A program made the position numbers and the translations under genes. The notes below the pieces were generated by a model that made no database searches, had not been told where the DNA came from, and saw only the letters and a list, made by a program, of their open reading frames with translations. A DNA stretch of 63,208 bases, filler included, from Octopus bimaculoides (lineage: Eukaryota): NCBI RefSeq assembly GCF_001194135.2. It is 5 parts of 5 records of this genome, joined end to end, with 100 filler letters (N's around TTAATTAATTAA, not from the genome) between each part and the next. Parts side by side here need not be neighbours in the genome. Positions count along the whole stretch, not along the records: positions 39,473 to 63,208 come from NC_068995.1; 4 more parts are not named here. One strand, given 5' to 3'. Below, piece after piece: positions 55,625 through 63,208 of this stretch. The stretch's first letter is position 1; each line of letters opens with the position of its first letter.

Positions 55625-57365
55625 TCCTTTATGTGGTCCATTCTCTCAACATTCTGAGTACAAACTTGTACCTTTCATTCCTATGGTGAGAGCTTGGCCA
55701 AAGAGGTAAGTATCTGTCTTCAGCCCTTTCAGTCTTGTCCACCACACAACTTCTTTTGCTAAGGCCACCAGACAAAGGAACACTGCCTGCCCTTCCCAGC
55801 CAAAGGAAGATGGGAAGATGACCTTCACAAGAGACTTGGCCGATAGCCGGATCCATCCTACATGTGATAGCAGGTGTTCAACAAAAACCCACAAGTCAGC
55901 AATGCTGAGGTACTGGATTAAAGTGTACAGAACAGGTAGCCTGGCTGACAGCCCTTCCATACCTGTAGAGTTTATCTCGAACTGGCAATGCCCCACCAGT
56001 AACACAGCCAAGCCAGGAATTTCTGGAAATTATCCATAAGCCCTGGCCTGAAAGTACTCCAGAACAGACTATCCAGTTGATTCTCGTCAATGCCCAGAGT
56101 CTCTCCAAGAACATTGTTACACTTGCCCACCACTAACCCTCTGTAGAACACCAGAGTGGGATTTCCACTAACTGCATTGCCCAACTGACAGAGGACTGTC
56201 AGCACCTGACAATACTCTAGGTGCCAGTCCCCTGCCTTGGTCTATGCTTGATCCAGAACTACAGCTCAGTCAAGGTGACAAGTTATGGAAGAGTGAGTCT
56301 GACAAATGCCAACCATACCTACTTACTGTAAAGGAAGTGCTAGAGATGTCATAGGCTCAGTGCATGTTTGTGCATCAGTAGCCACAACATTCCCAGTTCT
56401 CCTTTCAGCAGGTATTCACAGAAAATGGAACACCTGACCAGTGCTCCAGTCTTGTCAGACATAAACTAAGGCAAAGCACAACGATCAAGCGATAATGTAT
56501 AACAGATGCGATGTATGCATTTTCCACCTCTGCCTGACCTTTCAGAGATAGCTTTCTCTCAGACCATTTCTGGGTGGGACTGACCACCCTGCTTGTCACC
56601 TCATCCCAGTTCTTCTGGAGAAAAACAGACCCTGAGCCATTTAACTGGTCTCTCTGTCCAACGTCCATGACACTCTTGGATGGCATTGACCTGCGTCTCC
56701 AGGTGCTGAGCTGCAGGCCCACTGACCATTTTTTTCTTTTTCTCCTACTCTTGGTACCACCTCATATTCTTTTACAGAATGCTGATCAGGTCTATATGCC
56801 TGGTGTTTGACACTATGACACTGATGTGCTCTGCATATGCCAATATGGTTCTCCCACATCCTAGTTTGTGCAGGATGCCTCTCAAAAACTACAATTTCAC
56901 AGTAGTGGCTCTAGAGCCAGTATATACAGAAGAGACAAGAGGGGACACTTTTGATGAACTGAGTGCATGAAGCTGAGTGGTTCAGAAAGGTAACCATTCA
57001 CCCGAAATACCAATCAGATCTTGTACATTGTAGCAATGGAGCCACGAAAAACAAGACTGCTGTGTGAACGACTACCAAGTATTGATGGTTGATCCTATCA
57101 AAGGCATTTGATTGATCTGAATTGATCAGGGCCCCACCCTGTCTATGATGTATTGCATGAGGTGGAGGTTATCATGGATAGATCTGCTTGGGATGGTGCA
57201 TGTTTGTGCATCACCAATCGGTTCTTCGATGACAAGCGCCAACTTCTTTGCTAACACCTTGCCCAAATTTTGAAATCTGCATTCAGCAATATTATGGGCC
57301 TAAAATTTTCTCTCTGATCCCCTTGTTTGGATCCTTTCTTAGCAGTTCCACTGCTCCTCAACTCA
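55625..57365 (-). mobile_element. Tx1/L1-like LINE, RT to C-terminal region, decayed
   Basis: NFRPIILLNADFKI, AQTCTIPSRSIHDNLHL, DQSNAFDRINHQYL, SVHQKCPLLSLLYILALEPLL, ALCAYAN (from YADD), RKLSLKGQAEVENAYIASVIHYRL; many stops and frameshifts. Confidence 0.85.
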
Positions 57366-57526
57366 CAGAACTAGGAATAATAATAAAGTGTTACTCATAT
57401 ATTTAATGAATGATAGTATGCTGGTACAGAAAGAATACAAGAAAAGACATGACAACATCATCATCGTTACCCGCCCAACCCATGCCAACATAGAAAACAG
57501 ACGTTAAACGATGATGATGACCTAGG

Positions 57527-58062
57527 GAGAATAATCCACTGTGAGTTTTATAGAAGGCTAGGATTTGACCATAATGATAAGTGGTATGAACATGAACATA
57601 GAAAAGTGCTAGAAAGTAAAAAAGATAAGATGTCGTGGGATCTTAACATTCAGATGGACAGAGTAGTAGAAGCTAGAAGACCTAATTTAGTTGTATTGGA
57701 CAGAGAATAGAAAATGTCAGGTAATTGACTTTATACTCCCAAATGATGAAAAAGTCAATATGAAGGATACAGAGAAAATAGCAAAGAACCAGGATTTAGC
57801 CATTGAGTCACAGAGGCTATGGAAAGTGTGGGTAAAATGTATTCCTGTAGTTATAGATGTATTAGGAACTATTCCTAAAGATTTGAACACATGGATAGAG
57901 GAAATGGACATGAAACCTAGTTTAGTATAACTCCAGAAAACAGTATTATTAGGGATTAGTTAGGATATTTATGAAGGCTCTTGGCGTCTAAAGTTACTTG
58001 TAGCCTGATGGTAGGAACTTTATCCACCAGTCTAATCTGTTTTGTGTAAATGAAATAATAAC
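57527..58062 (+). mobile_element. R4/Dong-like RLE LINE 3' end with a (TAA)n-like tail
   Basis: WYEHE..KVLES..KMSWDLNIQMDRVVEARRPNLVVLD..KCQVIDF..P.DEKVNMKD.EKI.K.QDL..ESQRLW...IPVVI..LG.IPK.L..LQKTVLLG. Confidence 0.85.
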
Positions 58063-58067
58063 AATAA

Positions 58068-58285
58068 TAAACCATCTCCAGTTTATGGGCAACCTGAAAT
58101 TATTTGCTAAAAGTGAGAAAACTTTAGATTCACTGGTTCACACTTGTTAGAACTGTGGGTGATGATATTGGCATGGCATTTGGAATAGATAAATGTGTAG
58201 TACTAGCATTAAAGAGAGATAAAATATCCAAATCAGAAGGGATTAAACTGAGACATTGATTCGAGCAATGAATGAGGGTTACCAG
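58068..58285 (+). mobile_element. RT-domain fragment of an R4/CRE-type LINE
   Basis: NHLQFMGNLKLFAKSEK...DDIGMAFGIDKCVVL, decayed from NHLLFMDDLKLYAK...FGxDKC. Confidence 0.75.
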
Positions 58286-59929
58286 TAGGTATTACTATGA
58301 ACTTTTGAAAATATTTAAATGTAATTTCTACTGCACTTTTTTGGGGTGAAATTTTAGGAAATATGACACTTTGAATGATCATCAAATTGATCAAAATCTT
58401 ACCTAATTAGCCTAAATGAATAATTAGCCATATTTGTGGTGTCATATCTTTGAAACTGAGATAATAATCCTCTTCAAATTATACATATTAACAGTGTCCA
58501 AGGGATAGCTGTTGCCTGTTTTTTCAGGCAAATCTATTTTTTTTGGCAATTTAAAAAAAATATTTATGCAAAACCTATTCTGTTGTATTTAACAAACAGT
58601 TGAGTTTGCAGTGTCTTCAGACCTAGCTAAATCCAAAAGTACAAACCACAAGAACATGAATTTTGGTACAATTGTAGTGTGTATAGAACTAAATAAATCC
58701 TGAAATTTTGGGACATTATACTATTTAAATAGAATTTTAATAGACTATTAAAAATGGCTATAAACAGGAAAGTTTCACATCAAGATGCCCACATAAGTTG
58801 GATTTTCTCTGTTTAGATGAGGATATTTTCACTTTTGTTTTCCACCATGGCTTTGGAAATGATGCGGGGAAGCTTTTTATAAAAGAAAATTTTTGAAAAT
58901 TGGATTGTTTTTCCAGCCCTTCCTCCAGACTGATTTTAACCAGTTTTCTTTTTTGTTTTGTTTTTTGCACTACACACTTTAAAACGATGAGAGAAGCTTT
59001 TCTGGTTAAAAAAAAAAAGTAGCTGTTGTTTTAGTACATCCCACAACCACCTGGTATCTTTCACAGAATTGCATGTAGACCTAGATTAGAAAGCTAACAA
59101 AGTGTAAAAACAAATTCCTTGTTGTAGCATTAAAACCATCAGTAACTTACAACAAACTCATTTGTAGGAGAGAGAGAAAACAAAAACAAAATGAATCAGC
59201 ACTAATTGTGAAAATCTAAACACTACCACAAATTATCCAATTGTATTCAAAATCAGAAAAAGGAAACAATATCACATCAGACTTTAATAGTCTACAAAAT
59301 AATATTCCTTGCACAAAATAATTTTTACTGGTGAAATTTGACCAATATTTCTCAAAGAAAAAGTGAAATTTACATGTACACGAATATCCGAAAGGTAAAA
59401 TTTGGACTTCACTCTCCACATGTTAAAATGGTGAGGAGGAATAAACAAAATTCTGAATACAACAATTCCATTCTAATTTTGTTTTAGCTCAATTTTGTGT
59501 ATTTTTTTGTAGAAATATATGTTTACTTAGCAATTGGTTCATCAACTTCTTGAAATTCTGGCTCAAACTTTGGTTTGTGTTTCATTTCAGCTCTCACTGC
59601 ATGGGAATACATTGGTTTGACAAGAGGCATCAGTATGGATTTTACTCTATATGAGCAGCCATGGTAGCCCTCTTTTTATTGACTTTGCACTTTTTTGTGC
59701 CACATTGTTACCACATTCAGCAAGATATTTTTCTTTCTTCATCATCATTTAACATCCTCCTACCATGCTGGCATGGGTTGGATGGTTTGACAGGAGCTGG
59801 CCAGGCAGAAGCCTGCACCATACTTTTGTGTCTGTTTTGGCACAGTTTTTACAGCTGGATGCCTTTCCTTATCGTATAAAAATCTTGAAGAAAACATGTT
59901 TTTTTTTCTAATTGAAAATTAACAATCTA

Positions 59930-60440
59930 TTCCTGTAGAGAGTATGTGAATGATTGAAAATTTTGATGAGGATAGCAGCTAGCACTGGAGTGGACAAGTT
60001 AGAAGTGATGGAAGGAATGATGTCAGAACCAGAAGCCAGTTGGTTTATACTTGGAGATGTTTCTACACTTGGCATGAATTGTATACATAGATGGTAACAC
60101 AGGTGGAATGGAGAAAGATTTTGTAGAGTTTTGCCATGTGTGTGCAATATGGAGTGGGATCCAAATTGGACAGCAAATGTAGAAACTTTCACTGCAGGAA
60201 AACTGTTTATGAAGTTATCATGGTTGAAAGTGGTGGAAAGGAAGATTCTTGAAAGTTGGTAGAGATCCTCTTGGAAATGAAGCAAAAGGATTGACTGCAG
60301 TTTTGGAGGTAGGAGAGCTGGCAGAATCTGTGACTGCTTCATAGATGGTTGTCTAACATGACTGACAAAAAGTGAGCAAAAGTCACATAATTGGATCAGG
60401 ACATCATTACAAAATAATAGTGGCTCATTCAGACTCATTG
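59930..60440 (-). mobile_element. Decayed CR1/L2-group LINE fragment (region just before the RT domain)
   Basis: KVSTFAVQFGSHSILHTHGK...ASGSDIIPS...PVLAAILIKIFN resembles KAELFA..F.SNS.L...KA.GPD.IP...P.LA.ILA.LFN. Confidence 0.6.
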
Positions 60441-60554
60441 AAAAGGCATGGAATTGTTAATATGAGAGAGATTATTGAACTATTAGAGTGCATGAGAGAG
60501 AGAGAGAGAGAGGTGAGGACTATTTCCAGTACATCTAACAGCTAAATGCACTGT

Positions 60555-60810
60555 TAACATCAAAAGGGCCATTAAGGACATGAAGGTAAGGAAAGCAGTT
60601 GGAGGATCGGGGATGGTTGCTGGAGTGCTAAAAGTATCTTGTGAAGAATACACATGAGTCACTCATGCAGTCAACCACATTATTCAAGGAGATGTCATTA
60701 CCAATGACTGGCATAGCAGTCTCATTATTACCTGGTATGAAAGAAAAGATGCTCAAAACAGAAACATTTGTAAAGAGATCAAGTTGATGGATTAAATTAT
60801 GAAAGTAATA
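60555..60810 (+). mobile_element. Decayed RTE RT N-terminal fragment
   Basis: RAIKDMKVRKAVGGSGMVAGVLK...NDWHSS...IKLMD*IMKV, colinear with the start of ORF 62132. Confidence 0.75.
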
Positions 60811-62124
60811 TCAGTTACTTTTAAAACTTGGTTATATTTAAGCCAAACACTTGAAAAATAGTTTATATGAGAATTTACTTTATATGGAGAGTACATTCTC
60901 AGTTTGCACCAAAGGAAAACTAGAAAGAGGGAAATAATCTGGTTCAGTCCACACTGTAACTTGCATGTTAGAAACATAACCAGGAGTTTCTTAGCTCTTG
61001 TAAGACAATATTTTTCACTAACGCATAAATGTAATAAATCTTTCAATTCAACATTAAGGTTACTTATTCTTGCCTAGAGAACATCGCTTCCCAGATCACA
61101 TGCAACAATCAAAAAAAGACTTAACCATCAGCCCTTGCCCTAGCAGCCAACTTATTGCAGTCCAAATTCATATACTTATCAAAGGAGTTCATATTGAACG
61201 TTCATAACATTCCAGGAAAGCATCAAAAGGTATTATCAGAGCAAAGTCGACCTCGGTGGAATTTGAACTCAGAACGAAAAGTTGGACAAAATACAACTAA
61301 GAATTTTGCCCAGCATACTAATGATTATTCTAGCTCAATGCCCTAAAAGCAAAGTCAATCTCTGCAGAATTTGAAAGCAGAACATAAAGCCAGCTTGCTG
61401 TCTTAAATTATTGGGGGTTTACTGTAAATTCAGAAGTAACTACCATCAGCAGCACTTTTACTGGGAAAATTCTGTTTCCTACTTGTAATTTAAATTATAA
61501 CCCTTAGAGACCAAAGATGTAAATGCCTGACAAGGAGGACATGGAATACTGTTGATTGAGCTACTCAATATTGTAGTGGATTGTTCTGAATTTGCATACT
61601 GTGACTAACTGAGAAGTTCCAGATATTGAAGAAGCCAGCAGTATTCTTCAACATGATATCTGAACTATTATCTGGTTGTTGTCAAGGATGAATTTTCTTT
61701 CTGGAGAATTTGTAGGTCCCAAACAAGACAGAAGAAATTCATACACAAAAGATCATAAAAGTGATGCAGAGTAGCCTCATTGGCGAAAGATTAAAGGCCT
61801 GGACTGAGTAACCTCCCTTATATCCCATTAAACACACTATTTATTTCTCCTCTGCAGTTTCGACAACATGATCTGCCCTGATCAATAAGACTGTTTTAAC
61901 AAGAGGTTGTGGAGAAACTTCTACAAGGAGATATTGAATAGTTGTTAATTAGTTGAATGCATGGGAGAGAAGGTTTTCTCAAGTAGTCACACACACATAT
62001 ATACATATGTATACATGCATACATTGTATAAAATGATGGAAAGTATCAAATAATTTTTGTATATCTATGATCTGGTTACTGACACAATTCCATGACAATA
62101 ATAACTACTATCAATAAATAAATA

Positions 62125-63160
62125 AACAGGTATGAAGACAGGGAAAGCCCTTGGCCCATCAGGAATCACTGTAGAGATGCTCAAAATATCTGGCAGTGTC
62201 GGCTATAGCCTAGTCACCCGTATAGTTAACCAGGTGATTAACAAAGGAGTCATACCTAATGACTGGTGTAGCAGCACTATAGTCAACTGCTACAAAGGTA
62301 AAGGTGACGCTTTAGATACAAATAATTACAGAGGTATCAAATTGTTGGATCAAGTAATGAAAGTCACGGAGAGGGTCATAGCTCAACTAATTAGGGAGAG
62401 AGTCAGTTTAGATGAAATGCAGTTTGAGTTCGTGCCAGGGAAAAGCACCACTGATGCTATATTTCTGGTAAGACAGCTGCAGGAGAAATACCTAGCCAAA
62501 GATAAACCTCTGTACCTGGCTTTCGTTGACATGGAGAAAGCTTTTGACAGGGTCCCCCGATCCCTTATCTGGTGGTCAATGAGGAAACTAGTGATAGATG
62601 AATGGTTAGTGAGAGCTGTGCGAGCCATGTACAGAGACGCTGTCACTAAGGTGAGGGTTGGCAATGAGTACAGTGAAGAATTCTGGGTAGAGTTAGGGGT
62701 GCACCAAGGTTTAGTCCTCAGCCCCCTCCTATTTATCAGTTCTCCAGGTAATAACACAGGAATTCAAGACAGGATGCCCCTGGGAGCTCCTCTATGCTGA
62801 TGACCTTGCACTAATTGCTGAGTCACTATCAGAACTAGAGGAGAAGTTTCAAGTGTGGAAGCAAGTATTAGAATCAAAGGGCCTTAGAGTCAACCTAGCT
62901 AAAACCAAAGTCCTAATAAGTAGGAAGGTAGACAAAACACAAACCCCTTCAGGTAGATGGCCCTGCTCGATCTGTAGAAAAGGCGTAGGTAGAAACTCCA
63001 TAAGATGTACCAAGTGTATGCTATGGACACACAAGAGGTGCAGCTATATCAAAGGAAGGCTAACTGGGAACATAGTTTTTCTATGTGGCAGATGCTCAGG
63101 AGCAATAAACACTGAAAATGTGCAGAAAACAACTTCTGCCACATTCCAAGGAGAAAAACA
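62125..63160 (+). mobile_element. Relatively young RTE-clade LINE internal fragment (RT domain plus PHD-type finger), one frameshift near 62740
   Basis: ORF 62132-62800 has NYRGIKLL, STTDAIF, FVDMEKAFDRV and GVHQG.VLSPLLF. The shifted frame continues ELLYADDL (62793-62804), NLAKTKVL and a C4HC3 motif. Confidence 0.95.
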
Positions 63161-63208
63161 CGGAGAAAAAAAATTGAATAGTGTTCAGTCAACGGTCATA
63201 TATATAAT

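Noticed and set aside
52630-59660. Plus-strand exon-like pieces near 52630-52728, 55050-55099 and 59591-59663
   Set aside because: Plausible splice sites, but joining them gives only short or stop-terminated peptides with no recognisable product.

Overview
AT-rich eukaryotic DNA, most likely an octopus genome; I infer this from recognising the SINE/LINE families and the microsatellite load, not from a database search. I cannot confidently name any host protein-coding gene, and no rRNA, tRNA or CRISPR feature is supported. The window is mostly microsatellites, many tRNA-derived SINE copies, decayed retroelements (RTE, Tx1/L1-like, CR1/L2-like, RLE/R2-type, Penelope-like), Tc1/mariner relics including a DD37D maT fragment, and hAT- and piggyBac-type MITEs with target-site duplications. 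Most long ORFs in the supplied track are by-products of microsatellites or N-gaps. Four 100-bp spacers (N44-TTAATTAATTAA-N44) are assembly linkers. CpG content alternates in blocks: normal ~1-19 kb and ~27.7-39.4 kb, depleted ~19.9-27.5, ~40.7-51.1 and ~53.4-63.2 kb, with a CpG-rich island at ~51.2-53.4 kb. This implies methylated gene bodies whose exons I can only nominate as low-confidence candidates. I found no convincing undescribed biological system. The best leads are a C4HC3 PHD-type finger just after the RT domain of an RTE LINE, a hairpin-rich 66-bp tandem array in an RTE 3' UTR, an inverted telomere-repeat palindrome, a ~125-bp duplication flanking a SINE, and the CpG island with its candidate exons.
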